The notes beneath the pieces are model-generated. The model did no database searches and was not told the origin of the DNA. It saw only the letters and a list, made by a program, of their open reading frames with translations. Of a stretch of DNA of 64,000 nt, positions 32,045 to 42,986 are shown in pieces. Made by a program: the position numbers and the translations under genes. The DNA is from Bdellovibrionales bacterium (lineage in GTDB: Bacteria; Bdellovibrionota; Bdellovibrionia; Bdellovibrionales; UBA1609), in assembly GCA_965219095.1 (NCBI GenBank), contig CBDCMT010000001.1:2144001-2208000 (forward strand). The letters run 5' to 3'. Positions within the stretch are counted from its first letter, which is position 1, and each line of letters opens with the position of its first letter.

Positions 32045-33027
32045 TAGTGCTTCCGTTTAGTTTTTCAGTTTCCTAAGATAGAGAAGTTATCAGTTATCAA
32101 AGTTTCTAATTTAGATCTGTGTTTTCGTATTCCTCTAAAAAATTGACTTAAACTTCCCTTGAAATCGTCATAGTTTTCATAATATCGATTCGCCGTGACC
32201 TCTTTTTTCATAAACTTCCAAAGCCTTTCTATAGGATTTAAATTCGGTGAGTACGGAGGAAGATAAATAAGTTTTATATTCAACTCTTTCGCTAACTTCT
32301 TGACAGACTTCGATCTATTGTATCCGGCCCCATCTAAGATAAGATGAATCTCTTTTTCATCGGAATACTTCTTAATGAATATGATAGAGCATATCATATA
32401 GAAAAACTTCGTTAACTGTCTTATGACTCCTGACTACCGTCTTCAAACTATTGATCTCAATAGCTCCACAAACATTCACTCTTTTTCTCCAGCCTGAATT
32501 GGTCTTCACTTCAAACTTCTTACCCTCTCTTATCCAACCATATGAAATCGTAGGGCCCCACTCAGGATGTGTGGAATCAGCAAAGTAAACAGGACCGTCT
32601 TTCTTCTTAATTCTCTTGTCTGTGATGATGGAAAAATTCTTTTCTCTAATTCCTTTAAAAGCATTTTCTCCTCTTTCTTAGTTAAAAAGGACCTTTTAGG
32701 GTTGTAATTGTCGTTGATTAAGCACTCTATCCCGCCTTTGTTATAACGATCTCTACAGGCTCTTATCGTGCCCTCATCAAGGAAAAGAAAACGGGAAATA
32801 TCTTTACACAACTCACCTTTATCTAAATGGAGAATTGTCATAATCCTTTTTCCGTACCTAAGATTTCTTTCTAAAGATAGTTCATAGAGTAAATCTTTTC
32901 GCTCTTTTTTTGATAGAAACCCTGACATATGAAACTATTTTTAAAAATAAATGACTTTTTATCAAGGCCTTAGAATAAAAACTAGACCTCAACTCAAAAA
33001 AAACGGAAAACCTAAACGGAAGCACTA
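32045..33027 (-). mobile_element. IS630-B copy, internally deleted and frameshifted
   Basis: TIRs TAGTGCTTCCGTTTAG / CTAAACGGAAGCACTA with TA flanks; LILDGAGYN, PPYSPNLNPIERLWK. Confidence 0.9.
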
Positions 33028-33049
33028 TAGATTAACCCAAAGACACACC

Positions 33050-33868
33050 TTAACTTTTATTAAGGTGTCTATCTATAATTTCCTTAAAACTATCAATAGG
33101 CCTTGCACCTGAAAGTCTTACCCCGTTGATTATAAAGGCAGGAGTTCCGTTAAAACCAAAACCATTAGCTTCTTTTTTATCTTCGTTAATAATATCTGCA
33201 ATTTTTTTAGATTTCATATCTTTCTTTGCTTTTGCTAAATTAGCTCTTACTTTTTTTACAGCACTATTTAAAAACTTAATAACATCTTCACGGCTTTTAT
33301 TAGGGTTGCGTAATGAGTTAGAATTATCAAAGACATAGTCATGAAATTTTTCAGCCTTATCAGATCCTTGTAAAGCCACAGCTTCATAATATTCAGCCAC
33401 TTTTCTTCCATACCTTTGATTAGGAAGATGCTTGTACAAGACTCTTACCTTATTTCCATAAACTTTTTTGATTTTCTTTATGGTCTGATAGGCTCTAGCA
33501 CAAAAAGTGCATTGAAAATCCGAATACTCCACAATAGTAATGGGTGCATTTTTTGGGCCGAAGATGGCACGTGAGGGGTCAATTTTAGGGTTTCTAGGGT
33601 TTTTAAAATCCTGTTCAAGTTTGTCTTTTTCTTTCTGAACTCGTTTTTCCATTTCTTCTTTTTGAGCTATTTGTTGCTGAGAGCTCATTGCATTTCTCAT
33701 TTTTTCGCTAAAAATAAATTTAGCAAAGCCTTGAGCATTTGTCTCTATAGCTTTTAAAACAAGGCTTGAATTTTGTATTAAAACTACAGTCAATCCTACA
33801 GAAACTGCAACAGACAACAATACTGATATAATAATTGTTACTAGGGTTTTTGAACTATTTTTTTCCAT
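33050..33868 (-). CDS. DsbA-family thiol-disulfide oxidoreductase (thioredoxin_4)
   Basis: N-terminal TM segment, APITIVEYSDFQCTFC, GFNGTPAFIING. Confidence 0.9.
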   Translation of the reverse strand: MEKNSSKTLVTIIISVLLSVAVSVGLTVVLIQNSSLVLKAIETNAQGFAKFIFSEKMRNAMSSQQQIAQKEEMEKRVQKEKDKLEQDFKNPRNPKIDPSRAIFGPKNAPITIVEYSDFQCTFCARAYQTIKKIKKVYGNKVRVLYKHLPNQRYGRKVAEYYEAVALQGSDKAEKFHDYVFDNSNSLRNPNKSREDVIKFLNSAVKKVRANLAKAKKDMKSKKIADIINEDKKEANGFGFNGTPAFIINGVRLSGARPIDSFKEIIDRHLNKS

Positions 33869-34121
33869 AATGCTATACTCCTTTTTATCATTATTTTTTT
33901 ATTTTTTCTTTAATTTTCTATGAAACTTACAAATTTTGCAAGTCTTACTAAAGGCTAGTCTTTGCAGAAGAGCTTTTTTATGAAAATATTTGACACTTAT
34001 GTTTTTCTTCCTTAGCTGACTTCATAGCTAAAGGTAGTCTTTCAGAATCACAAATCAAATGATCTTATCAAATTATGACTTTCAGCCTAAAACCTGATCT
34101 TCAGAATTTATTCCCTTCTTA

Positions 34122-34145
34122 TACCAATTACAGAAATTAATTCGA
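34122..34145 (-). mobile_element. IS630-A right TIR fragment
   Basis: TTA|TACCAATTACAGAAATTAATTCGA. Confidence 0.8.
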
Positions 34146-34718
34146 TTCATAATAAGTTTCCTCGGTTGTTTAAGACAGGAGAGAGCCAAGCAGGAAAAGA
34201 AAACCAGGTATGGTGTTCGGATTTAACCTATATTCCTTTTAGAGATAAATTTCTGTATTTGGTTGTATTTTTAGATGTCTATAATCGAGAGATTAAGTCT
34301 TGGAAGCTCTGTGAGAGTTTGGACGGGATTCATTCAAAACAGGCTCTGAGAGCCGCAGTCCAATCTGTTTCTGGGAGCTTAGAGGGCTGATAGTCCACTC
34401 GGATCAAGGGGTTCAATACTGTTGTGAAGGGTTTGAGATAAGGAATTGAAATTCTTTGTCTTCAAGCAATCTATGTCTAGGGAGGGAAATTGTTATGATA
34501 ATGCGTTTGTGGAGAGCTTTTTCCATACGTTGAAGGATGAACTGGAATACAAAGACTGTACAACAAAGGAGGAGTTGGAGAAAAAAATTGCAATTTACAT
34601 GGATTGGTATAACAAGGTAAGAATGCATATTCTTCCTTGGAATACATGAGTCCAGAAGAATTTAAACAAAGGAGGCTTTAAGAACATAAAAACTGTCCAC
34701 TTTTTTGGAGGAAGATCA
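34146..34718 (+). mobile_element. IS3-family transposase remnant with right end
   Basis: NQVWCSDLTYI, HSDQG, GNCYDNAFVESFFHTLK in broken frames; end CTGTCCACTTTTTTGGAGGAAGATCA. Confidence 0.88.
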
Positions 34719-35265
34719 AGAGAATTAAGAAGAAAGGCGGTCTTGTTTACTTTGCTGATTCCACACATCCTGAGTGGGGTCCTACGATTTCATATGGTTG
34801 GATAGAAGTGAAGACCAATTCAGGCTGAAGAAAAAGAGTGAATGTTTGTGGAGCTATTGAGATCAATAGTTTGAAGACGGTAGTCAGGAGTCATAAGACA
34901 GTTAACCATGTTTCCATATGTGATATGCTCCATCATATTCATTAAGAAGTATTCCGATGAAAAAGAGATTCATCTTATCTTAGATGGGGCCGGATACAAT
35001 AGATCGAAGTCTGTCAAGAAGTTAGTGAAAGAGTTGAATATAAAACTTGTTTATCTTCCTCCGTACTCACCGAATTTAAATCCTATAGAAAGGCTTTGGA
35101 AGTTTATGAAAAAAGAGGTCACGGCGAATCGATATTATGAAAACTATGACGATTTCAAGGGAAGTTTAAGTCAATTTTTTAGAGGAATACGAAAACACAG
35201 GCCTAAATTAGAAACTTTGATAACTTCTCCATCTTAGGAACCTGAAAACCTAAACGGAAGCACTA
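34719..35265 (+). mobile_element. IS630-B 3' fragment
   Basis: Homologous to the 32045 and 42987 copies; ends AAACGGAAGCACTA. Confidence 0.88.
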
Positions 35266-35267
35266 TA

Positions 35268-36150
35268 TCATATCAATTTATGTTCTTGTCGATGATTTTT
35301 TAACCCCTCTCATACAGCAGCACCCAGAACTGGTTCCCAAAAATAAAGGAGGTTTTTCTTGTGCTATGTCTCCCAGCGAAATTGTCACTCTTTATCTTAC
35401 TTTTCCAAAGTTCTGGCTTTAGGAATTTTAAAGCCTTTTACCAGTTTGCAAAAGTCTATCTTAAATCTTATTTTCCTAAAATGTTGTCTTACTCCCGATT
35501 TGTGAACATCAAAAAAGACATGGCTTTTTTGATGTTTCTTTTCTTGACAAGCCTTATGAGTAAAACCATCGGCATATCATTTATTGATTCCACATCGATT
35601 GCTGTCTGCAAAAATAAAAGAATAGGACGAAATAAGGTGTTCTAAAAGTTAGCTAAAAAGAGGCAAAAGTAGTATGGGCTGGTTCTTCGGATTTAAACTC
35701 CATATTGTTATCAATCACCTAGGAGAACTTTTAAGTTTTACCTTAACTCCGGGAAATGTAGATGATCGAAAGCTAAGTTATGGATTTATAGTAAAGGGTT
35801 GGTGGAAAAACTCTTTGGGGACAGAGGTTATATTTCATCAGACCTTTTCAAAAAGCTTTTAAAGAAGGGAGTTAAGCTTATTACAAACGTCAAATTAAAT
35901 ATGAAGAATAAATTGATTCCCTTATTTGACAAGTTGATGTTGAAAAAACGTTCTGTTGTGGAGGTCAGTGATTGGAGTGTTAAAAGGAGAGTTTCATCTT
36001 GAGCATTCTCGCCATCGTAGCCCACAAAACTTTGTCATCAATCTTTTAGGTACTCTCATCTCCTATTGCTTAAAACCTAAAAAACCCTCCATTCAACTTA
36101 AAACTCAAAACAGGAGCTTCTGAACAATATATAAAAGTCGAAACTCGGGT
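35268..36150 (+). mobile_element. IS982-family transposase pseudogene with right end
   Basis: FIDST, GWFFGFKLH, LFGDRGYIS, HSRHRS in multiple frames; end GAAACTCGGGT. Confidence 0.88.
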
Positions 36151-36668
36151 TATTACAAGTCAGCCGTATGGAAAAAAGCATCCTCATTAAGGTTAAAAAC
36201 TTTCGTAGGTCCTTAAACTTTCATGAGTCCCTATCAAAAAAAGAAGATAAGTTATGTTTTTATACACTCTTCAAAGAAGGCTAGGAACCGATCTCCTTTA
36301 GTATACAGGTTACAAAACTAGCCGGTTTTTCCGATCAAGTTATAGAAAAACAAAAAAATCTTTTCTTTTTTAAAAAAAACTCTAATTCATGAAAAAAAGT
36401 GCTACAACATAGCACAAAAAAGTCTTCAAATCCTTTTTAGTGTAAGAACACAATATTTTTAGAGGCTTTTGAGCATCTGAATCTCAAGTCAACAACTCTC
36501 TTAGAAGCTTAATTGGCTTGGAAAACGGCAATGAAAACAAAAAAATAGTCACATGGTCTAGGTTTTTAGTATTTTTTTAAAATTCACTTGTACTCTCTTA
36601 TAAAGGCTGACAGACTTCTAAGTAAGGAAGTATTTTAAAAATAAACAATGAAACAGGGAGAGGCAAGG

Positions 36669-37073
36669 ATGCTTAAACAGTTTTTAATAAAAGAGGGTCT
36701 TTCTAAAAGAGAGTCAGAAGTAGCAGAATTAGTAACAAAAGGTCTATCAAATAAGGAAGTTGCTGATCAACTTTATGTTACTGAAAAAACAGTCAAATTT
36801 CACCTTACAAATATTTATAAGAAGATGAATCTTAAGTCGAGAGCTCAGTTGATTGTCTGGTGCTTACCTAAGATGGTCTTTATAGAAGATAAAAAAGCTC
36901 ATCAGACTCAAACACAACCTTCTGATATAAGACCTACAACAAGTTCTCATACCATCACAGATAGCACTGCTAATGTAAATGACAACACCATTCCAGCTGG
37001 ATACAAAACGGTTTCAGATCCAGAAACCCCTCCTTTTGATAAGGGAAGTTCTGATCTAGATTCTTCATTTTAA
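36669..37073 (+). CDS. LuxR-family HTH transcriptional regulator (no receiver domain)
   Basis: LSKRESEVAELVTKGLSNKEVADQLYVTEKTVKFHLTNIYKKM; low-complexity tail. Confidence 0.9.
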   Translation: MLKQFLIKEGLSKRESEVAELVTKGLSNKEVADQLYVTEKTVKFHLTNIYKKMNLKSRAQLIVWCLPKMVFIEDKKAHQTQTQPSDIRPTTSSHTITDSTANVNDNTIPAGYKTVSDPETPPFDKGSSDLDSSF

Positions 37074-37113
37074 CAAGTAACCTGGAGTTTAAGTTTTTCT
37101 TTTTTAAGTAAGT

Positions 37114-37611
37114 ATGAAGGGTAATTTCGTATCTTACTCTCAGGTCATAATGACTGAGCTTATCCTTCCTGTTCATGCTAATCAACTAGGGACTGTTTTT
37201 GGAGGAGCCATTGTTTCTTGGGTTGATATTTGTGGTGCTATATGTGCAAGAAGGCATAGTCTAAGTGATGTTGTCACAGCTTCTATTGATGAGTTTCACT
37301 TTATAAAACCAGCCTATATTGGCTGGATTTTAAATTTGAAGGCAAGTCTTAATTATTCAGGTCGTACATCCATGGAAGTAGGTGTGCGTGCAACAGCTGA
37401 AGATCCTCAAACTCAAACTTATCACCATATTGCTTCTTCTTACTTAACTTTTGTAGCTATTGGAAAAAAAGGAAGCCCTAAGAAAATTCCTCCCTTGATT
37501 TTAAAAACCGATGTAGAAAAAAGACGCTATGATGAAGCGATCATTCGTCGTACCTCTCGTCTTAAAAAAAGAAAAGAAATACAAAAAAGAAGAGGGAACT
37601 TTGTCCCATAA
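37114..37611 (+). CDS. Acyl-CoA thioesterase (YciA-like hotdog fold)
   Basis: HANQLGTVFGG, VVTASID, GRTSMEVGV, YLTFVA. Confidence 0.92.
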   Translation: MKGNFVSYSQVIMTELILPVHANQLGTVFGGAIVSWVDICGAICARRHSLSDVVTASIDEFHFIKPAYIGWILNLKASLNYSGRTSMEVGVRATAEDPQTQTYHHIASSYLTFVAIGKKGSPKKIPPLILKTDVEKRRYDEAIIRRTSRLKKRKEIQKRRGNFVP

Positions 37612-37766
37612 AAAGGGAATTGTTTAACAAGGTCCTTAGGGGATAAACAGTTTGATGGCTAGTGTTCTGAGCAGTAATTTTTTCACAATTTTCAAGTCTT
37701 TAATCCAGGTCATTTTGTTAAATTATTTTTATGTTAAAAAGAATAAAGGTGAAATGCTTAGAGTTA

Positions 37767-37981
37767 TACCATTTCCAAAAATTAATTCGACATTCTTTTA
37801 ACGCATAGCCTCCTGGCTTTTTAATCAAACTCTGTTAAATTTTTAGAGTGTCTATCAAAAAGTATGTCAAGAAAAAACACTTCTCCATTTACAAAAAATA
37901 TAAAAAATTTTTTTTGCATACGGTCACGAATATTCTAGGGCGTGTCCTCATTTGACTGTCCGCAGAAACAGGGGAAGTTCA
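37767..37981. mobile_element. Stack of IS-end fragments (IS630-A left end, IS481-like end, IS5 end, IS3-like right end)
   Basis: TACCATTTCC at 37767; TGTCTATCAAAAAG at 37849; AGGGCGTGTCCTCA at 37937; GGGGAAGTTCA ending at 37981. Confidence 0.7.
37849..37936. repeat. 88-bp perfect inverted repeat with 47095-47182
   Basis: TGTCTATCAAAAAG...CGGTCACGAATATTCT reverse-complements to 47095-47182. Confidence 0.9.
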
Positions 37982-37983
37982 TT

Positions 37984-39876
37984 CCTGAGTTTGCCCTTTC
38001 ATTAAAAAAACACCTTCAGATCGAAAACAATGCAGTTTCAGGTCTTTTTTCTTTAAGTTTATAATATGTCAGGTAATGTGCAATTATATAACTTGGAGAA
38101 AAAAGAGGGAGGGATTTTTTATGTTCATGGCTTGTCCTAAAAGAAAAGATGGAAATATTGTGGTTAGGCTGATTGTATCCTATAGAAAGGAGGGTAAACC
38201 TAAATCCAAAATAGTTAAAACTATCGGTCAATCTAAAGATCCTAAAGCTGTAGAGCGGTATAAAAAGATAGCTAAAGAATTAATTGAAAAAGAAAAAAAG
38301 GGACTTGTTTCAATAGAGGGTGCTATTCGTAATAAGATTACAGTAAATCTTTCAGATGTAGACAATGAAGAGCGTCGTAATAATGGCTTTAATGACATTC
38401 TAGGTTTTACTTACCAACAGTTGGGTTTTAATGATCTCATCCAAGCAGGAAGAGATCCTAAAAAGCTCAATGCTATTTTAAAGAATCTAGTTTTGATGAG
38501 AGTTTTTGATCCATCAAGTAAATTAAAAAGTTCCTATTTACTTGAGGAGCATTTTGGTAAAAATATAACTCTCAAACAAATTTTAAATTTGATGGATCAC
38601 ATATCAGATCAGGAAGAAAACATTAGGGATAGAATTTCTCAAGTTATTCTTAATGGGGAAAAGAGCTTAGACATTGTCCTTTTTGATGTAACGACCTTGG
38701 CCTTTGAAAGTGTTGTTCCCACGGACTTATTAGATTTTGGTTACAGCAAAGATGGTAAACCTGGAGAGGTTCAAGTTGTTTTAGCTGTTTTATCGAATCA
38801 GAAGGGTTTGCCTATAAGTTATGAATTATTTGCTGGCAACACTTCAGAGTTTGAGACCTTTGAATCAATGATTAAGGGGGTTTCTAGGAAGTATAACCTT
38901 AGAAAGATAAGGGTTATAGCAGACCGAGGTTTGTTTTCCAATAGTAATCTTGAAGCTTTAGAGGGGTTAAATTCAGAGGGAATCAAGGCTGAGTACATTG
39001 TTTCTTGTCCCTTAAAAAAACTTCCTAAATCTCTTAAGGACAGTATTTTGAATAAGAGTAATTACAAAGATGATGGTACAGAAGGCTCTAAAATCTTATA
39101 CCATGAGGTTGAGTATAATAACCGACGAATTATTATAAGTTACAGTGAGAAACGTGGGCGACATGATATAAAAAAAAGGGAACGTGCTGTAGAAAAGCTA
39201 AAGGAGTTAGAAAAAGATGGAAAGATTAAAAGTTCTAAGCTGATAAAAGGTGGAGGGAAAAATAAATATATACAAAAAGTTCGTGGGGACACAAAGATTG
39301 ATTGGAAAAAAGTGGAGCAAGACGCCTTGTGGGATGGTCTATATGGAGTTTGTACAAATTTAAAATCAGAGTCTGTTCATGCCATTTGTGAGGCCCGCTA
39401 CAATCTTTGGCGAATTGAAGAGCTGTTTCGGATTAACAAACATAATTTAAAAATGCGACCCATATATCATAGAAAAACTCAAAGAATAAGATCACACATA
39501 GCTATTTGTTTTTTAGCTTATGTGGTTCTGAGAAGTACAGAAATAACTTTAAAAGAAGCAGGGGTGAATATTAGCTCCCAAGAGCTTATTGAGACTCTTA
39601 AGGATGTAGAAACTAATATTATTCGAAATAGAGTAAAAGTTCCCTCTAAAGCTTATGGCCTTCCTCGTAAGTTATCTGCAAAGGCTAAGAAAATTTATAA
39701 GCTCTTTGGAAAGGAGTTTCCTGAAAGAGCCTATGAAATAACATAATTGTGAATATTTATTGGAGAGCTTTTGGTATGTAGAAAAATGTAGTATGTCTTT
39801 TTCATTGGAACAGTGCATAAACCTAGTTATTTCAGGTACTTAAAGTAATAGCTAAATTTGAAAGGGCAAACTCAGG
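37984..39876 (+). mobile_element. IS1634-family element, second type
   Basis: TIRs CCTGAGTTTGCCCTTTCA / TGAAAGGGCAAACTCAGG; flanks do not form a direct repeat. Confidence 0.9.
38121..39746 (+). CDS. IS1634-family transposase
   Basis: FDVTTL, GYSKDG, ADRG, WRIEELFR, MRPIYH, HIAICFLAY. Confidence 0.92.
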   Translation: MFMACPKRKDGNIVVRLIVSYRKEGKPKSKIVKTIGQSKDPKAVERYKKIAKELIEKEKKGLVSIEGAIRNKITVNLSDVDNEERRNNGFNDILGFTYQQLGFNDLIQAGRDPKKLNAILKNLVLMRVFDPSSKLKSSYLLEEHFGKNITLKQILNLMDHISDQEENIRDRISQVILNGEKSLDIVLFDVTTLAFESVVPTDLLDFGYSKDGKPGEVQVVLAVLSNQKGLPISYELFAGNTSEFETFESMIKGVSRKYNLRKIRVIADRGLFSNSNLEALEGLNSEGIKAEYIVSCPLKKLPKSLKDSILNKSNYKDDGTEGSKILYHEVEYNNRRIIISYSEKRGRHDIKKRERAVEKLKELEKDGKIKSSKLIKGGGKNKYIQKVRGDTKIDWKKVEQDALWDGLYGVCTNLKSESVHAICEARYNLWRIEELFRINKHNLKMRPIYHRKTQRIRSHIAICFLAYVVLRSTEITLKEAGVNISSQELIETLKDVETNIIRNRVKVPSKAYGLPRKLSAKAKKIYKLFGKEFPERAYEIT

Positions 39877-40760
39877 AATAACTGATCTTTAAGCTGTGGG
39901 CTAGAGTAATGAGAGTTGGTAGTTACGCCTTTTTGAATATCTGATGTAGTCTCATGCTTTTTTTTTAGAAATTGATTTAAGTCTTTTTGTGTTTTTATGA
40001 CAGCATTTTCAGGTATCTTTGTATGATCTGGTATGTTTAACTCATTTCCGATAAAACAAAATTTTCCTATTTTTACGTTTTCTCCCACTTTAGTATTTTT
40101 TCCAATTATAGCTTGATAACCAATGAGGGAGTTTTTTTTAACATGAACTCCTGCATAGATTTGGGCTCTTTGTTGTATGAAGCAGTGATTTTCAATATGA
40201 ACCCCAGGCCCTAAGCCAGCAAAACCTCCTATGAGAACATAATCCCCAATGGTTATAGGATAAGTCATAAGAGTTTTTGTTTTAGGAAATAGGGTTGTGG
40301 CAAGAATAGCATCTTCTCCAATAAGGCTTTCTTTTCCAATAGAGACAAAATAAGGCTCAAAAATTTTTACACTGGATGTAATCCATGAACTAGGGTGGAT
40401 TTTAGCTTGAAAGGTGCGTAAAATAAGAAAACGGATAGGATCTGAAATAAAAAAAAGTTTTTGGAAGAATAAAGCATAAACTCCGTAAAGATTTCTTTTC
40501 AAACCCCATTGAAGCATAAGAAGAGAATTGAAATTATCATATTCTCCTGGAGAAGGTTTTTTAATAAGATAATTTAAAACCCCATAAAAGGCCAGTAAGA
40601 AAAAAGGAGACATAACAAAAGCTAAAGGCACAGCCCACAGGAGGTTTTCGGAAAAGAGCATAAGAGATAAATAGAAAGGTAGCCAGAGTACCAGGAAGGT
40701 AAGAAATAAAAGAACTAGGAATAGGCTTACACATAAAAATGACACACAAAGATCATACAC
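39852..40760 (-). CDS. Membrane-anchored hexapeptide-repeat (LbH) acyltransferase-like protein, duplicate copy
   Basis: Identical to 52289-53176 except the last residues, which are supplied by the IS1634 TIR. Confidence 0.8.
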   Translation of the reverse strand: MYDLCVSFLCVSLFLVLLFLTFLVLWLPFYLSLMLFSENLLWAVPLAFVMSPFFLLAFYGVLNYLIKKPSPGEYDNFNSLLMLQWGLKRNLYGVYALFFQKLFFISDPIRFLILRTFQAKIHPSSWITSSVKIFEPYFVSIGKESLIGEDAILATTLFPKTKTLMTYPITIGDYVLIGGFAGLGPGVHIENHCFIQQRAQIYAGVHVKKNSLIGYQAIIGKNTKVGENVKIGKFCFIGNELNIPDHTKIPENAVIKTQKDLNQFLKKKHETTSDIQKGVTTNSHYSSPQLKDQLFLSLPFQI

Positions 40761-40793
40761 AAGGATTTTTTATATTGTATAGATTTTTTTTTA

Positions 40794-40822
40794 TTGACTT
40801 ATAGGCAGTCCTTTTTTAGACT
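40794..40822 (+). promoter_or_regulatory. Putative sigma70 promoter of the M3 peptidase (identical copy on the minus strand upstream of 52212)
   Basis: TTGACT-N17-TAGACT, 14 nt before ATG. Confidence 0.5.
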
Positions 40823-40836
40823 TACGCACAATACCT

Positions 40837-42936
40837 ATGTCTAGTTTAGAAGAAAATCCCTTACTCATACCCTCAAACCTGAAAAAAGGTGCTGTGCGTT
40901 TTGATAAGATTAAAGCAGAACACTTTATGCCTGCCCTTGAGCAGTTGTGCAAGGAGGCTCAAGTAAAATTTTTAAAAATTATGGAACATAAAAAAAAGCC
41001 CAGCTATGAAAACACCATTAAACCTTACGACCAAATTATTCACTCTTTTGATATAATTTCTGGAGTTTTCTATCAACTGTACGCAGCTGCTAATTCTTCT
41101 GAACTTTCTGAAATCATGCTTTCTTTCACTTCAGGTCTACAAAAAATGTTCCTTACAATAAAGAATCCTCAGTTTTTTAAAAGGGTAGAGGCTATTTATA
41201 AAGATGAAATGGAAAGAAACTCCTTAAACCATGAAGAACTTCGCTATTTAGATTTACTCTATGAGAGATTAGCTTTCGAAGGAGCTCTGCTTTCAGAAGA
41301 AAGCTGTAAAAAACTTATGGATACAAACGATGAAATAGAACTTTTAGGCAAGAAGTTTTTTCAAAACATAATTGAGTTTCGAGAAAGGTTTCGGTTTCAG
41401 GTAACTGATAAAGAAGCTCTAGAAGGCATTCCTGAAGGCTATGTTTTAGAAGCTAAAAGATTAGCAGAAAAGGAAAAAGAAGAAGGCTGGATTTTTACTT
41501 CTTTAGAGACAAGCTATTTACCTTTTCTAGCTTATTGCAAAAGAAGAGAGCTAAGAGAAAAGTTTTTTAAAATTATGTCCTTCCGAAACTATAATGGTGA
41601 ACTTGACAATTCTGAAATTGTACTCAAAATCATTGATTTGAGATTAAAAAAAGCTAAGCTTTTAGGTTTTTCAAATTACTCTGAATATAAGCTCAGAGAA
41701 AGTATGGCAAAATCCCCTCATAACGTGACTTCATTTTTGGAAAATCTATTAAAAGTTTTTCGTCCTAAAGCTTTAAAAGAACTCAAAGAGGTGAAAGACT
41801 TAGCTTTAAAAGAAGATGGCATTGAAGATTTTCAGTATTGGGATTTAGACTATTATTCAGAAAAACTAATGAAAAAGAAATTTGATATGAACACTCAAGA
41901 ACTAGGAAAACTAAGAGAGTACTTCCCTTTAGAGAAGAGCTTAAAGGGGCTTTTTGAACATGCTAAGAGGCTCTATGATTTAGAATTCAAAAAAACGAAA
42001 AACTATCCTGTCTACGAAGAAACTGTGAAAGTTTATGAAGTTTATCGTAAAGGTGATTATAGAGGGCTTCTTTATTTGGATTTATTCTCAAGAAATAAAA
42101 AATCACAAGGAGCTTGGGCGATTCGCTTTAAACCACAAGGAAGTGATTTTTTAGGAACGAGAAGTTTTTGTCATGCTGTGATTTGCTGTAATTTTTCCAA
42201 ACCTAATAAGGATAAACCTAGTCTTCTTACATTAGATGATGTGCGAATTCTTTTTCATGAGTTTGGTCATGCTCTTCATAATATTTTGTCTGATTGCAAA
42301 ATGAGTTCTCTTTCAGGCAGTTCTGTTTTTATAGATTTTATAGAACTTCCTTCTCAAATTATGGAAAACTGGATTTATGAAAAAGAAAGCTTACAGCTTA
42401 TCTCAGAACATTATGAAACAGCAAAACCCTTGCCTGATGATTTGTTCGAAAAAGTTAAAGGTCAATTACAGTTTCAATCCGGTATATATTGTTTAAGGGA
42501 ACTTTCTTTGGGACTTCTAGATATGGCTTGGCATAATCTTTCTGATTTACCCGATATTTCACTTTTAGAATTTGAAGCTAAAGCAACAAAAAAAGCTCAG
42601 TTATTAGCTCCTTTAGAAAAATCTTTTTTTCCCCTCCATTCCCCCCATTTCTTTTATATATTTTCTGGAGGCCATGATTCAGCATACTACGGCTATAAAT
42701 GGGCTGAAGTTTTAGGTGCAGATGCTTATAAAATGTTTCAAGAAGAGGGGATTTTCAACAAGGAAGTGGCTGAAAGGTTTAGAGATTCTATTTTAAGTCG
42801 AGGCAATACAGAAGATCCTTTAACTCTTTATAAAAGATTTAGAAAAAGAGAGCCTGATATAAGTGCTTTTTTAGAAAGAAAAAGTTTAGTTTTAGAAAAA
42901 AAGCCTCTTAAAAAAGTTTCTGAAAAGACAAATTAG
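40837..42936 (+). CDS. M3A-family oligopeptidase (Dcp/PrlC-like), paralog A
   Basis: FHEFGHALH, DFIELPSQIMENW, YYGYKWAEVL. Confidence 0.93.
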   Translation: MSSLEENPLLIPSNLKKGAVRFDKIKAEHFMPALEQLCKEAQVKFLKIMEHKKKPSYENTIKPYDQIIHSFDIISGVFYQLYAAANSSELSEIMLSFTSGLQKMFLTIKNPQFFKRVEAIYKDEMERNSLNHEELRYLDLLYERLAFEGALLSEESCKKLMDTNDEIELLGKKFFQNIIEFRERFRFQVTDKEALEGIPEGYVLEAKRLAEKEKEEGWIFTSLETSYLPFLAYCKRRELREKFFKIMSFRNYNGELDNSEIVLKIIDLRLKKAKLLGFSNYSEYKLRESMAKSPHNVTSFLENLLKVFRPKALKELKEVKDLALKEDGIEDFQYWDLDYYSEKLMKKKFDMNTQELGKLREYFPLEKSLKGLFEHAKRLYDLEFKKTKNYPVYEETVKVYEVYRKGDYRGLLYLDLFSRNKKSQGAWAIRFKPQGSDFLGTRSFCHAVICCNFSKPNKDKPSLLTLDDVRILFHEFGHALHNILSDCKMSSLSGSSVFIDFIELPSQIMENWIYEKESLQLISEHYETAKPLPDDLFEKVKGQLQFQSGIYCLRELSLGLLDMAWHNLSDLPDISLLEFEAKATKKAQLLAPLEKSFFPLHSPHFFYIFSGGHDSAYYGYKWAEVLGADAYKMFQEEGIFNKEVAERFRDSILSRGNTEDPLTLYKRFRKREPDISAFLERKSLVLEKKPLKKVSEKTN

Positions 42937-42967
42937 TTGCAACATAACTGACTTTTTCCATATAATA

Positions 42968-42986
42968 ACCCGAGTTTCGACTTTTA
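42968..42986 (-). mobile_element. IS982 end fragment
   Basis: ACCCGAGTTTCGACTTTTA is the reverse complement of 36132-36150. Confidence 0.8.

Larger units (their letters stand above)
39877..42967. repeat. 3.1-kb inverted duplication of 50094-53172
   Basis: Identical acyltransferase, promoter and ends; diverged M3 peptidase interior. Confidence 0.95.

Noticed and set aside
33947..34048. Imperfect direct repeat CTAAAGG(C)TAGTCTTT(G)CAGAA upstream of the dsbA-like gene
   Set aside because: Only two gapped copies; cannot distinguish a regulatory site from chance or a scar
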